Shown here: positions 29,600 through 38,696 of the stretch, in pieces
Position numbering within the stretch: position 1 is the first letter of the stretch
Layout of the letters: each line of letters begins with the position of its first letter
Origin: a virus
Virus record (IMG/VR): IMGVR_UViG_3300020469_000041
Coordinates: 3,404 to 67,403 of that record
Length of the DNA stretch: 64,000 bases
Strand: one strand, 5' to 3'
Notes under the pieces: model-generated
The model's input: only the letters and a program-made list of their open reading frames with translations
Database searches by the model: none
Told to the model about the DNA's origin: nothing
Translations under genes and position numbers: made by a program

Positions 29600-30505
29600 T
29601 TAGCCTTGTTGCGCCAACTTATCGAAGTAAGACAAAGTATCCTCTTCGGCTTCATCGCTAGTATTGAATGGAGCGCTGTCAACCGCAGACATTGAAGGCT
29701 GTTCCACTACTGGAGCAGATTCCATCATTGGAGCAGTATCCATAGACATGTGACCAGCGTCAACACCTAACACTTTATTCAACTTAGCTTTGAGTTCATC
29801 ATAAGACTTGTAATTGTTAGGATCAGTGAAGTCAGATAGAGAGTATAACTTATTGTATACTTCTTCTAGTCTTTCTTCATCTCCATTATATAAAGAGGCT
29901 GCTGCAGAAAACTCTGATTTATCATAGTTTACCCAACCTTCAACCTTGCGAATTTTAATCTTAAAATCTGCACCTTCCCAAAAATCATAAGGATTTACTG
30001 GATCTTCATCTGCAAATTGTGGTTGCATTACATCCATGATTTTATCAAAGATCTTTTTACCAAATTTGTAAAGAAATACCTTACCTTCGTTATCAGGGTT
30101 TGCAGGATCAGAAACGACTAAGACATTTGATACATAGTGTAGACGTCTTTTCCTCTCCCTTGCTGTAGCTTTATCCTCATCACGGCCAGTGTTCCAAAGC
30201 ACTGAATTTGCTTCAGATACTGGATCATCTTGTCCAATTGAGGTCAAACTATTTTCAATATACCACAGTCCAGTAGAACCTTTGAATCCATGATCCCAAT
30301 ACCTTACCCAAGGAAGATCTTCACCTTCTTTGGCTGGTAAGAATCGGACTACGGCATAACCATTTCCTGCTTTATCCCTGGTGGGTTTCCAAAACCTATC
30401 ATCGTCGTATGACTTTGTTTCAGTTTTAGTAGACACAGCTTCAGCTGCTTTTACGAGTTGGTCGATTGACGAGCCTCGTGTGCTCTTTAGATTTGCAAAT
30501 GACAT
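29600..30505 (-). CDS. gp32: single-stranded DNA binding protein gp32
   Basis: DDRFWKP..DKAGNGYAVVRFLP, WYIENSLTSIG, FGKKIFDKI, DFWEGADFK.KIR, acidic tail. Confidence 0.96.
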   Translation of the reverse strand: MSFANLKSTRGSSIDQLVKAAEAVSTKTETKSYDDDRFWKPTRDKAGNGYAVVRFLPAKEGEDLPWVRYWDHGFKGSTGLWYIENSLTSIGQDDPVSEANSVLWNTGRDEDKATARERKRRLHYVSNVLVVSDPANPDNEGKVFLYKFGKKIFDKIMDVMQPQFADEDPVNPYDFWEGADFKIKIRKVEGWVNYDKSEFSAAASLYNGDEERLEEVYNKLYSLSDFTDPNNYKSYDELKAKLNKVLGVDAGHMSMDTAPMMESAPVVEQPSMSAVDSAPFNTSDEAEEDTLSYFDKLAQQG

Positions 30506-30595
30506 ATATTTTCTCCGTATTGCATTGTATTAAGACGTAATTGTCTTTTCTATTTTTATTTCTGAATTATCCACTTTATACATTATATAATCTAT

Positions 30596-30625
30596 ATTAT
30601 AACACATTTTCATGTGTTTGTAAAC
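30596..30625 (-). promoter_or_regulatory. sigma70-type early promoter
   Basis: GTTTACA-N17(ending TGT)-TATAAT upstream of gp32. Confidence 0.75.
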
Positions 30626-31200
30626 TCTTTTCTTAATAAACATACACATTTATTATGATCAAAGCTTACGAAGGGTGTATATTTTTCGATCTTTCTTTGA
30701 GTATCAGGCCATATAATGGTATCTGATATGTTCTTAGATTCACGAGATATAAACCCAAATATGGCATTAAGAATAACAATAGTTTCTAAACTAATTTCTT
30801 CTTGCAACCATAATTTAATGATCAGAGGATGCTGGCCATCTATGGCTTGAAACATACTGTTAAAAGATACATCCTCCTCTCCTAACCTATTTATATCTAT
30901 TGAAAACACTCGATGAATACTTTCTTGTATTCTTTTGTGATCTCTATAGTTTTGTTCTCCCTCTTCATCCATCATATCTCCAACATAGCTGAGTCCAGCT
31001 TTAAAGTTAGAAATGTAGTAATCCTTTAAGTTACCATTATGTTTTTTAGCAAGTTTTGCAAAGAAATACTTATCTTTTCTTTTGAAAAAAGACTTAGGTG
31101 AAACATTAGACTTAAAGTTATATTTTACAGCATCATATCCAGATTCAAAATGTAACTTTAAAGCGTTATACAATTGATAAGATTCAAATGGATCAGTCAT
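30610..31200 (-). CDS. gp59: helicase loader gp59
   Basis: Y.LY.ALKLHF..YD..KY, F.KRKDKYFF.KL, ISLET; position between gp33 and gp32 as in T4. Confidence 0.85.
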   Translation of the reverse strand: MTDPFESYQLYNALKLHFESGYDAVKYNFKSNVSPKSFFKRKDKYFFAKLAKKHNGNLKDYYISNFKAGLSYVGDMMDEEGEQNYRDHKRIQESIHRVFSIDINRLGEEDVSFNSMFQAIDGQHPLIIKLWLQEEISLETIVILNAIFGFISRESKNISDTIIWPDTQRKIEKYTPFVSFDHNKCVCLLRKEFTNT

Positions 31201-31310
31201 TGTGGTATTATTTCCAAATACATCATATATATAGTAAGTATAGTGCTACAGATTAAAATCCATACTCCTAGTTTAAAAAAACCGTTTACTATTGCTGTTA
31301 AAAATTTCAT
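31197..31310 (-). CDS. small membrane peptide (37 aa); not in ORF track
   Basis: MKFLTAIVNGFFKLGVWILICSTILTIYMMYLEIIPQ; fills the gap, ATGA overlap with gp59. Confidence 0.45.
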   Translation of the reverse strand: MKFLTAIVNGFFKLGVWILICSTILTIYMMYLEIIPQ

Positions 31311-31316
31311 ATAATT

Positions 31317-31559
31317 TTAAATTGGTAATTTATTACCTTTTTTACCTCTAATTAGATTAAGTCTCAATGCTTCTGCTTCCATTTTATCTTTGAGAGAATC
31401 AGTAAGTAATTTTTTTAAGTTACTGTAATCCATTCCTCTTTCCTCTATGATAAAAGAAGCTGCATCGATGTAAGACATATTTCCCTTTGCTACTAACTGC
31501 TCAACAGCATTGGAGAATCGTTTTCTTGTCATGATTTTTTGCTCTATATCTATTTTCAT
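31317..31559 (-). CDS. gp33: late transcription co-activator gp33
   Basis: F...VE......SYIDA.....E; L...LKDK.EAEA..LNLI; synteny with gp59. Confidence 0.8.
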   Translation of the reverse strand: MKIDIEQKIMTRKRFSNAVEQLVAKGNMSYIDAASFIIEERGMDYSNLKKLLTDSLKDKMEAEALRLNLIRGKKGNKLPI

Positions 31560-32713
31560 ATTACCCTAAGTAGTATACAATCAACATTGATTCTACCATT
31601 TGGAACACTTACTTTTGTAGTAATAGTATCCCATACTTGTTTGTCGATTTGTTTAATTGTTTTACTTAAGATCAATGGAAGTATATCTTCTGGTTTACGC
31701 AAGGTAGTCGTCCTACTTTGAGTTTCACAGATATTCTTTATGGTAGTACCACTTACCTCAAATCCTTTTGTTGAATTTGTTATAAACTGAGAAAGCTTTC
31801 TTGTCTTAGTGTTATACACATATAACATTTCTTTTCCTGGAATCATAACAGGATTAATAGACATTAATTTAGCATCAATGTCTTCAACCTTATATTTAAG
31901 GTTTTTGATTTGCACGTCAGAAGCTTTCGGCTTTTTGATCCTTGGAATTTTAGCTGCTTTGGTTGCAACTTTTAGTTTATCTAAATCTGCAAAGATATTT
32001 TCCATAAGCTTGATCATTTTGCTTAGATCAGTTCTTTTAATATGTGAATAACTTTCAACAGCTTGATCACATGTTTTATCATATGCGTCTTTTACCGGTT
32101 GATATTCTTGCATTACAAGATCTTTAAACATATTAAGAGTACTACCCTTAAGTTGATATTGCTTAAATAGCTTATAAGCATCAAACTTATTATTGAATTC
32201 TCCATCCATCCAACCGTCAACAATAAAGTCCCAATCTTCCCACACAGTTTCTATTAACTTTGCTCTTTGTCTTTCTTGGATAGATAATGGTGCAGGTTTA
32301 GAAGCTTCGCTATCTTCAAGGTCTTCAACTGTAATCAAAGCTTTTTGATATATACCTTCAAGGATGTTACCCCATCTCTTTAATTCCGGCTTAGTATACT
32401 CATAACCTCTTGTAAAGATCTTGGCAACTTTACCTAGTTCCATCGTAAGTTCCCAATCTTTAAGTTTTTTAAGAGTCTTAATTTTTTCTTTATCATAACC
32501 ATATTGATCAGTGGCCAAAGATAAAACCGCTTGAGTATAGTCTTTTGGCTTTAAGTAATAGTTATACCATGTTGCAGCTCCAGCCCATAAGTTACTGCGC
32601 TGTGGGTTATCAATTGTTTCTCCTTTTTGAAAAACTGGTTCAAACCCCATATGAGATTGATCAATACTTGTTCGATTCTTTCTCATTTTATTTCTTGCTT
32701 TATTCTCAGCCAT
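31556..32713 (-). CDS. conserved T4-like hypothetical protein
   Basis: WYNY, SINP..IPG...LYVYNTK.RKL, G.EVSGTT, TLRKP, NGRIN..CILLRV pattern common upstream of gp33. Confidence 0.6.
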   Translation of the reverse strand: MAENKARNKMRKNRTSIDQSHMGFEPVFQKGETIDNPQRSNLWAGAATWYNYYLKPKDYTQAVLSLATDQYGYDKEKIKTLKKLKDWELTMELGKVAKIFTRGYEYTKPELKRWGNILEGIYQKALITVEDLEDSEASKPAPLSIQERQRAKLIETVWEDWDFIVDGWMDGEFNNKFDAYKLFKQYQLKGSTLNMFKDLVMQEYQPVKDAYDKTCDQAVESYSHIKRTDLSKMIKLMENIFADLDKLKVATKAAKIPRIKKPKASDVQIKNLKYKVEDIDAKLMSINPVMIPGKEMLYVYNTKTRKLSQFITNSTKGFEVSGTTIKNICETQSRTTTLRKPEDILPLILSKTIKQIDKQVWDTITTKVSVPNGRINVDCILLRVI

Positions 32714-32722
32714 ATTAAACTC

Positions 32723-32950
32723 CTAATCTCTATGATAATTTTTGATACCTAGTACATAGTTTTCAGCTGCACTATCTGCATATATTTCATTATGTCCATT
32801 GTACCATTCGATACCTAACGACTCACCGTCGATATACATACGTATACCATAGTGAGGATAATCTCCAAATGATCTTAATGTTTCAGCCTTGCGATTCTTA
32901 AATTCTCCAGAACCATGATATTCGCTAAGTAACATATATTTATTTGACAT
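32723..32950 (-). CDS. hypothetical protein
   Basis: 75 aa, ends AAENYVLG; operon-packed. Confidence 0.5.
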   Translation of the reverse strand: MSNKYMLLSEYHGSGEFKNRKAETLRSFGDYPHYGIRMYIDGESLGIEWYNGHNEIYADSAAENYVLGIKNYHRD

Positions 32951-33146
32951 TATTTTCTTCCTTAACTTCTTGGTTAAATTTTTTTCTAGCTAATTGTTTT
33001 ATTTCTAATCTAGACATTTTTGGATTTTTCTTTTTCAGGTCTTTACTAATATGAAATAGTTTCTCAGAATCTTCTAGTAAGAGATACGCTCCTGATATTA
33101 GTACCATAAAAAAACCAAGAGCAAATATTCCTAACAACATATCCAT
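32940..33146 (-). CDS. hypothetical membrane-anchored protein
   Basis: N-terminal hydrophobic helix, basic tail. Confidence 0.45.
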   Translation of the reverse strand: MDMLLGIFALGFFMVLISGAYLLLEDSEKLFHISKDLKKKNPKMSRLEIKQLARKKFNQEVKEENNVK

Positions 33147-33147
33147 A

Positions 33148-33453
33148 CTATTTCCCTATATGTTCTACATCTTTTCGTGGGATAACTTGATATGCACCTT
33201 TATTATAAGCAGGTGCAACTGTAAAATTCTTAGAAGCTTCAGCTTTCCAAGAGTTATCAACAGGTGTTTCACGACAAGAGACACCCGTATAAGAAGGATA
33301 CTTTTCATTGAATTCATCAATTCGTTGCTGAGCATAAGTTTTTCGAACTTCCATCGGCTTAAATTCTTGTTTGATTTTACGTCTTGGAGTAAGAGCTTTT
33401 GTTTTGCGTTTACGGCCGTAGTGATCGTAACGTATCGATCCTATGTAGTTCAT
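33148..33453 (-). CDS. conserved phage hypothetical protein
   Basis: C-terminal TVAPAYNKGAYQVI motif seen in many marine myoviruses. Confidence 0.6.
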   Translation of the reverse strand: MNYIGSIRYDHYGRKRKTKALTPRRKIKQEFKPMEVRKTYAQQRIDEFNEKYPSYTGVSCRETPVDNSWKAEASKNFTVAPAYNKGAYQVIPRKDVEHIGK

Positions 33454-33689
33454 ATATTACCTGGAGCCTCTATGAGTAATAACGCCATATCCTTAGATTC
33501 TTCTATTACTTCGAATTTGCCATTATGATGTTCTCTCGTAACTAATCCTGAGTTATAAGCTTTTTCAATATAGCTGTTTTGACCTAGAATATATACAATT
33601 TCTCCAGCCCATTTTTCGACTGCCATTTTACGCTTTTGATATTCTACTTGATCAGTGTATTGTGTCATCTGAACTCCTACCATTTTCAA
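33450..33689 (-). CDS. hypothetical protein (start probably MTQYTD at 33668)
   Basis: ORF track; AGGAG precedes the internal ATG. Confidence 0.45.
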   Translation of the reverse strand: MKMVGVQMTQYTDQVEYQKRKMAVEKWAGEIVYILGQNSYIEKAYNSGLVTREHHNGKFEVIEESKDMALLLIEAPGNI

Positions 33690-33810
33690 CCAACTCCATG
33701 TATTGTTTAAGTTTTAAATCCCAGATTAATTTAAACTCTGGGTTTTTAGCTTTGTCTCTAGCATTTCTTAGTGCGATTACTCTACGCAAAATCCTAGTAG
33801 TCCCAATCAT
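33652..33810 (-). CDS. hypothetical protein (52 aa); not in ORF track
   Basis: MIGTTRILRRVIALRNARDKAKNPEFKLIWDLKLKQYMELVENGRSSDDTIH; fills the gap between neighbours. Confidence 0.45.
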   Translation of the reverse strand: MIGTTRILRRVIALRNARDKAKNPEFKLIWDLKLKQYMELVENGRSSDDTIH

Positions 33811-34072
33811 TTTTGCCTTCATTGTAAGCATCCATAAGTGAAGAACCCGCGATATAATCTTGAGTTTCTTTATCAGTATAATACATGTTTTCTTCTTTAA
33901 AGCACTCTAAACTTCCTGGTGCTTGGTGACCTGCCTTTTTGACAGTGGCTGTAAGCTTGTTGTAATAGTTTTTTGGCTTTGAATAAACCCTCTTAACAGC
34001 ACTTTTAAATTCTTTTTCAGCTCGAGCTTTTTCTGCTGCGGCCTTGATCATTTGCATTCTATCCATATACAT
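33794..34072 (-). CDS. hypothetical early protein
   Basis: GAGGA RBS, directly downstream of a sigma70-type promoter. Confidence 0.55.
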   Translation of the reverse strand: MYMDRMQMIKAAAEKARAEKEFKSAVKRVYSKPKNYYNKLTATVKKAGHQAPGSLECFKEENMYYTDKETQDYIAGSSLMDAYNEGKNDWDY

Positions 34073-34091
34073 TCCTCACTAAATAATATAT

Positions 34092-34120
34092 ATTATAACA
34101 TACTTTAAACAAAAAGTAAA
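34092..34120 (-). promoter_or_regulatory. sigma70-type early promoter
   Basis: TTTACT-N17(ending TGT)-TATAAT with A-rich UP element. Confidence 0.78.
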
Positions 34121-34138
34121 GGTTTTTTTTCAATTATT

Positions 34139-34384
34139 TTAAACTTCTTCAATAGTAATTCGATATTGCTTACCGTTTACATCTTTACACAAAATAGTTT
34201 TTCGTGTAGACTGCATCCAACCGGTTTTATGAAGATCCATTTTTACATTGTCAACATGACTAATTAAACCATGAGTATTTTCAGAATCTGATTGTAATCC
34301 TGGCTTAATAATTGTGTGAGCAATATAGTCGCAATATGCCATACTTACTCTAGGCGTATTCATTTTAGTAAAATCCTGTATCAT
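34139..34384 (-). CDS. hypothetical protein (start re-assigned to MIQDFT)
   Basis: ends D.NGKQYRITIEEV; ATGA overlap with upstream stop. Confidence 0.5.
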   Translation of the reverse strand: MIQDFTKMNTPRVSMAYCDYIAHTIIKPGLQSDSENTHGLISHVDNVKMDLHKTGWMQSTRKTILCKDVNGKQYRITIEEV

Positions 34385-34623
34385 ACTACTGCCTCCCCGA
34401 ACATGGATTTCCAACAAGTTGGAGTACAACCTGAGATCAAAAACTCTCTTTGATCCACAGTTGCCTCTGGAAGAAGATCTTGAATAAGACCATCTCCACG
34501 CAGGTACGACATGTACTGATCTTCAGTACATGCAATGTCCATTCCGTTTTGCTCGCCCGTTACGGGACTTGTTTTAATTACAGTTACCATCGCGTCATAT
34601 TCTCCTGTGTATCCGCCGCACAT
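34381..34623 (-). CDS. conserved phage hypothetical protein
   Basis: S..TG....MDI, G.LIQD..P.....QREFLISG.TP..W motif. Confidence 0.6.
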   Translation of the reverse strand: MCGGYTGEYDAMVTVIKTSPVTGEQNGMDIACTEDQYMSYLRGDGLIQDLLPEATVDQREFLISGCTPTCWKSMFGEAVV

Positions 34624-34624
34624 A

Positions 34625-34846
34625 TTATTTTACCCATACTTTATTGTATTTGGAAGGAAGATCATCACAAGAGTAATCATCACCATTTGCATAATTTACA
34701 ACACCTACGCATTCATTAGTAGTATTAGACCAATAAACATCTGGCATATCTAATGCGCTTTCTACAGCATTGACTGCCACTCCAAAAATACCACCAGCCA
34801 ATGCACCAATTACTACAGCTTTTACTTTATCTTTATTACTCAACAT
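34625..34846 (-). CDS. hypothetical membrane-anchored protein
   Basis: N-terminal TM; PDVYWS....CV.V..YSC..LP.KY. Confidence 0.5.
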   Translation of the reverse strand: MLSNKDKVKAVVIGALAGGIFGVAVNAVESALDMPDVYWSNTTNECVGVVNYANGDDYSCDDLPSKYNKVWVK

Positions 34847-35121
34847 TACGCCGCCTCAATAATAGTTAGTGGACAATTCCAAAGATGACCATCAATTCTT
34901 ACAACCGCTTTAGTTCGATTAATTTTAGTAACCTCACCAAATTGAACACCATTTCTAGATCCGTTAACTTTTACTTTAGAACCAACTGAAAGAGTAGATT
35001 TAACGGATCGAGCTTTCAAAGATCTTAGCTGCTTTTGCTTAGCATTTATCAAAGTAATAGCTTGATTCATTTCTTCAGTAGATGAAATGCTGTTGATTGC
35101 GTTTATTAGAGATTTTTTCAT
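34846..35121 (-). CDS. hypothetical early protein (SH3/KOW-like C-terminus)
   Basis: VGSKVKV...G.VTKINRTKAVV; first gene after a promoter. Confidence 0.5.
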   Translation of the reverse strand: MKKSLINAINSISSTEEMNQAITLINAKQKQLRSLKARSVKSTLSVGSKVKVNGSRNGVQFGEVTKINRTKAVVRIDGHLWNCPLTIIEAA

Positions 35122-35157
35122 AAAGTTTTTCCTTTCCTTATCATTTAATATAGGTAT

Positions 35158-35187
35158 ATTCTATCATAGTTTTAAGCAAATGTAAAC
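35158..35187 (-). promoter_or_regulatory. sigma70-type early promoter
   Basis: GTTTACA-N17(ending TGA)-TAGAAT. Confidence 0.72.
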
Positions 35188-35241
35188 AGTTTTTTTCATT
35201 TATTTTACACTTTGTGTGACCAAAATTCAATATTGGGTACT

Positions 35242-35655
35242 CTAAAAACATTTGTCATATAGTTTTTTTTCAAGCTCGTATGCTTCTTGCTCCCATGGCG
35301 CTGTTTTGTATTGATTATCACTACACTCTTGACCTTTCCATTCAAGTGAATATCCATTAAGTTCACCACGAAGATATTGTTTAGCATGTACCATTTCATG
35401 AGCAAGAGTTTGCATCATCATTTCGTATGGGATTTTTTCTCCATCAGACTTTCTAGCTATCTGTATCGTGACATAACCTTCTTTTGTATCACCCCAACAT
35501 AAACCCTGTGATTCATCATCTAATACTGTTTGAAATTTAACAAATATAACTTTAGACCACATACGATCAATTTTTAATTCTTTTGAAAGTTTTTGGACAT
35601 AAGCCATTACTTTCTTCTTATGCTTAATTTGTCCTTTAAGAACAAATATGTTCAA
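35242..35655 (-). CDS. zincin-like (HExxH) metallopeptidase; start probably TTG near 35655
   Basis: TLAHEMVHAKQY...PWEQEAY. Confidence 0.7.
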   Translation of the reverse strand: MNIFVLKGQIKHKKKVMAYVQKLSKELKIDRMWSKVIFVKFQTVLDDESQGLCWGDTKEGYVTIQIARKSDGEKIPYEMMMQTLAHEMVHAKQYLRGELNGYSLEWKGQECSDNQYKTAPWEQEAYELEKKLYDKCF

Positions 35656-35840
35656 GCGGCAGCTCCAATAAAGGCATAACGTGGGTTGGCACAAGAAATC
35701 ATACTGACTTCATCAAAACCTAACAGAACAAAACCGTCCATAGGGTCGGTACCTGCTTCAAACATAACCAGGTCGTAACCGGCACGGAACTCTTTAACTT
35801 CTTTGATGTCTACTGGGATAACGTTCATTGTGATATTCAT
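35652..35840 (-). CDS. hypothetical early protein
   Basis: first ORF after a promoter. Confidence 0.45.
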   Translation of the reverse strand: MNITMNVIPVDIKEVKEFRAGYDLVMFEAGTDPMDGFVLLGFDEVSMISCANPRYAFIGAAA

Positions 35841-35873
35841 TTTGAGCCTTTCTGTATTAGTTAATATAAGTAT

Positions 35874-35902
35874 ATTCTATCACAGTTTTACACATATGTA
35901 AA
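35874..35902 (-). promoter_or_regulatory. sigma70-type early promoter
   Basis: TTTACA-N17(ending TGA)-TAGAAT with A-rich upstream tract. Confidence 0.72.
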
Positions 35903-35933
35903 GGTTTATTTTCACTTTTTTTAGATCTTTTTG

Positions 35934-37757
35934 TTATAGCCCATATAACTTTGGTGAATATATGGTTATAAGCTCGTCTTTTCCTTTCACTTTGATATTA
36001 CCTATTTCATCGCATCTATATCCAGGAGGTAGTTGATTCTTAGTGAACGATGATATAATTGTTTTGTATTCTATATACTCATGCCGCGCTGCTGTAGCCT
36101 CAAGTCTAGCGGCAAGATTGACTGCATCTCCAATAACTGAATAGTCAAATCTGGATTCACTACCCATGTTACCAACAATACAATCACCGGTGTTAACGCC
36201 AGTACCAACATTAATGTCAGGCAAACCCCTGGCAGAATATAACTTTTTAAGTTCATTTGTTTTAGCCTCTATTTCTATCGCTGATTTAACTGCCATTTCA
36301 GCATGATTTTCGCACGGTAATGGCGCGTTCCAAAATGCCATTATACAGTCACCCATATATTTGTCGATGGTTCCACCGTTTGCCAATATGATCTTTGTCA
36401 TAGCATCAAGGAATTCATTGACTAATTCTACTAATCCTTCAGGATCATCATTATTTTTATAGTGTTCAGATATAGGAGTAAACCCACATATATCCATAAA
36501 TAAAAATGTCATTTCTTTTCTATCACCACCAAGCTTCAAAAGAGATGGATCATCTTGTAATTTTTGAACCATGTCGGGTGATAAGTATGTACCAAATTGT
36601 TTTTTGATTTCTTCTTTTAATTTAAATGTTACATAAAATCTATTAAAAGAAGCATGTGCAAATACTAAAACTGAAGCCATAATAGGATATAAAACATCTA
36701 ATAGTATTAATGATTCCATCCAATACCAATAACCTATTGAAAACCAGCCAGCCATTAAACCTATAGATCCAATTGCAGAAAACCATATTGGAGTTTTATA
36801 AACAATAAGAAGAATTAGTAAACATGAAAGTAAAATAACAAATAGTTCTAATTGATCAGCATACCACGGTCTCTGGATTTGTATACCATTGACAACAGTT
36901 GAAATTAAATGCGCTTGTATATCATGAGGTAACATTGCACCAGTCGGTGTGGCTACGGGATTTATCAGGCCTCCAGCGCTAAGGCCAAGGATAATTATTT
37001 TATCGTTTGGTATTGGATCTCCAAATGATACTCGCTCATATTCGTTCCAGTAAGCTATTTGAACATTTGAATTTGGTGTTGTATACATAGGAGGAAGTGA
37101 TCCCATTCGAACCCACTCGACTCCAGCTTCTTTTATTTTAATTGCTAAATTGGGTTGAAATTCAAATACTCTTAATACTTCTAATGCTACTGATGGATGT
37201 AAATAATTATTAGCTAATATGACTAATGGTGATTCTCTTACAATACCATCAACTGAAGGAGCAGTTGTAACTGTTCCAACTCCCTGTGCATTTTCTTTTA
37301 TAATTGGATTACGTATACCTTTGTACGAGTATAGCCAATCAGAAGAAACTCCTTTACCAAGTTTACCAAATCCAATTGATGGTTTATCGCCTTGTGGTTG
37401 ATTGCTTAATAATGCTGATAAAATCACATCTCGATTTAACATTGCTTCAGATAGTGTAGCATCTTGATCAAATCGATCTGGTTCGGTAAATCCCATATTA
37501 AAAACATATACGTTATTTTCTGGAGAATTGTTTAACCAATCAGCATAAATATTTCTACTAAATGGAAACTGACCATAAAAATTTAAAGCCTTTTCATCGA
37601 TATCGACAATGACTATATTATCAGATTTAATAGGTTCTTGGTAAGATTGAAGAGAATCAAAATAGTTTAAACGAAATTGTTCAACTAGTTTGGGATCTAA
37701 AACTCTAGTTGATAATAATAAAGCTATGGTAAGTAAAACTACTTTCCAATTGTGCAT
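35934..37757 (-). CDS. CHASE2-domain class III adenylate cyclase
   Basis: CHASE2 motifs IVIVDIDEKAL..YGQFPFSR and DGIVR..PL; three TMs; catalytic FMDICGFT, IDKYMGDCIMAFW, GDAVNLAARLE, VKGK. Confidence 0.93.
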   Translation of the reverse strand: MHNWKVVLLTIALLLSTRVLDPKLVEQFRLNYFDSLQSYQEPIKSDNIVIVDIDEKALNFYGQFPFSRNIYADWLNNSPENNVYVFNMGFTEPDRFDQDATLSEAMLNRDVILSALLSNQPQGDKPSIGFGKLGKGVSSDWLYSYKGIRNPIIKENAQGVGTVTTAPSVDGIVRESPLVILANNYLHPSVALEVLRVFEFQPNLAIKIKEAGVEWVRMGSLPPMYTTPNSNVQIAYWNEYERVSFGDPIPNDKIIILGLSAGGLINPVATPTGAMLPHDIQAHLISTVVNGIQIQRPWYADQLELFVILLSCLLILLIVYKTPIWFSAIGSIGLMAGWFSIGYWYWMESLILLDVLYPIMASVLVFAHASFNRFYVTFKLKEEIKKQFGTYLSPDMVQKLQDDPSLLKLGGDRKEMTFLFMDICGFTPISEHYKNNDDPEGLVELVNEFLDAMTKIILANGGTIDKYMGDCIMAFWNAPLPCENHAEMAVKSAIEIEAKTNELKKLYSARGLPDINVGTGVNTGDCIVGNMGSESRFDYSVIGDAVNLAARLEATAARHEYIEYKTIISSFTKNQLPPGYRCDEIGNIKVKGKDELITIYSPKLYGL

Positions 37758-37758
37758 A

Positions 37759-37926
37759 TCACCAATCCTTTATTATATTTACCATTATTAGTATACCACA
37801 CAATATATTTATTCCTACTATAATTGTTCGAACAACAGCTATAGCATTTTCACTATCAGGATTATACCCGTCTTCTTCATCAAAAGCGCCTAAAGAATGC
37901 TTCCATATTTGCCAATACTTTTTCAT
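37759..37926 (-). CDS. small membrane protein (55 aa); not in ORF track
   Basis: MKKYWQIWKHSLGAFDEEDGYNPDSENAIAVVRTIIVGINILCGILIMVNIIKDW; ATGA overlap with upstream curlin stop. Confidence 0.6.
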   Translation of the reverse strand: MKKYWQIWKHSLGAFDEEDGYNPDSENAIAVVRTIIVGINILCGILIMVNIIKDW

Positions 37927-38696
37927 TGTTGTGTGACTGCAACATTACATCCACCTATTGTCAAACAATTTTGCATAAGATTGTATGACTGAGTTGGACC
38001 ACCAGTTTGTATTAAATTTAAGTTTGTGGGTGATGTACCATCAAGAGTAACTGTTGCATTGTGTGCTCCATAATGTTGATGAATACTAACTTGATTTCCA
38101 TCGTTATTAATCGTTAAATCTAAATCTTTATCACCAGAGCCAGCTTGAGTAAACCATACACTATTATTATCACTATTAATATCAATTTTTAATTCATGAT
38201 TGGGATCAGCTGTACCAGACTTTTGTCCTCCTTTTACCCAATTATTGTCTCCAGTAATATTAATTTCCATTTCATGCCCAGGATCTTCATGTGTATCTCT
38301 GCTACAAGTTGTACTTGTAGAATATATAAATTTACATCCTTGACCTACATCAACGCTGTTTGAATCACCGTCAACATCTATCCAAATTTTATTAATATCA
38401 GTACTATTAGTATTATTCCATTGTTCTACTACAATTTGATTATAATCACCATCTATTCCTTGATTTTTTTTAAGTACTTGATTGTTATTTCCTTCTTGTA
38501 AAACTGCAGTATCTAGTTGATAACCAGATAATACTGTATCAATCAAATTATAATCGCCCTTTTGCTGATATTCTAATTTAAGATTATCACCAGTTTGAGT
38601 TAAATATATTTCATTATCAGCCCAAACTACTCTAAAACTACCAATTACAACAAAAGCTACTAAAGCTAAAATAGTTGTTAATAAAATTCTTTTCAT
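37923..38696 (-). CDS. curlin-repeat secreted protein (CsgA/CsgB-like)
   Basis: signal peptide, then Q/N/G-rich x-Q-x-G-x-x-N / I-x-G-D-x-N repeats; in csgG/csgF operon. Confidence 0.75.
   Translation of the reverse strand: MKRILLTTILALVAFVVIGSFRVVWADNEIYLTQTGDNLKLEYQQKGDYNLIDTVLSGYQLDTAVLQEGNNNQVLKKNQGIDGDYNQIVVEQWNNTNSTDINKIWIDVDGDSNSVDVGQGCKFIYSTSTTCSRDTHEDPGHEMEINITGDNNWVKGGQKSGTADPNHELKIDINSDNNSVWFTQAGSGDKDLDLTINNDGNQVSIHQHYGAHNATVTLDGTSPTNLNLIQTGGPTQSYNLMQNCLTIGGCNVAVTQQ

Noticed and set aside
30506-30595. A-rich gp32 leader with a small hairpin and AATAC repeats, possible autogenous operator as in T4 gene 32
   Set aside because: Plausible by analogy, but I could not identify the pseudoknot or other specific support
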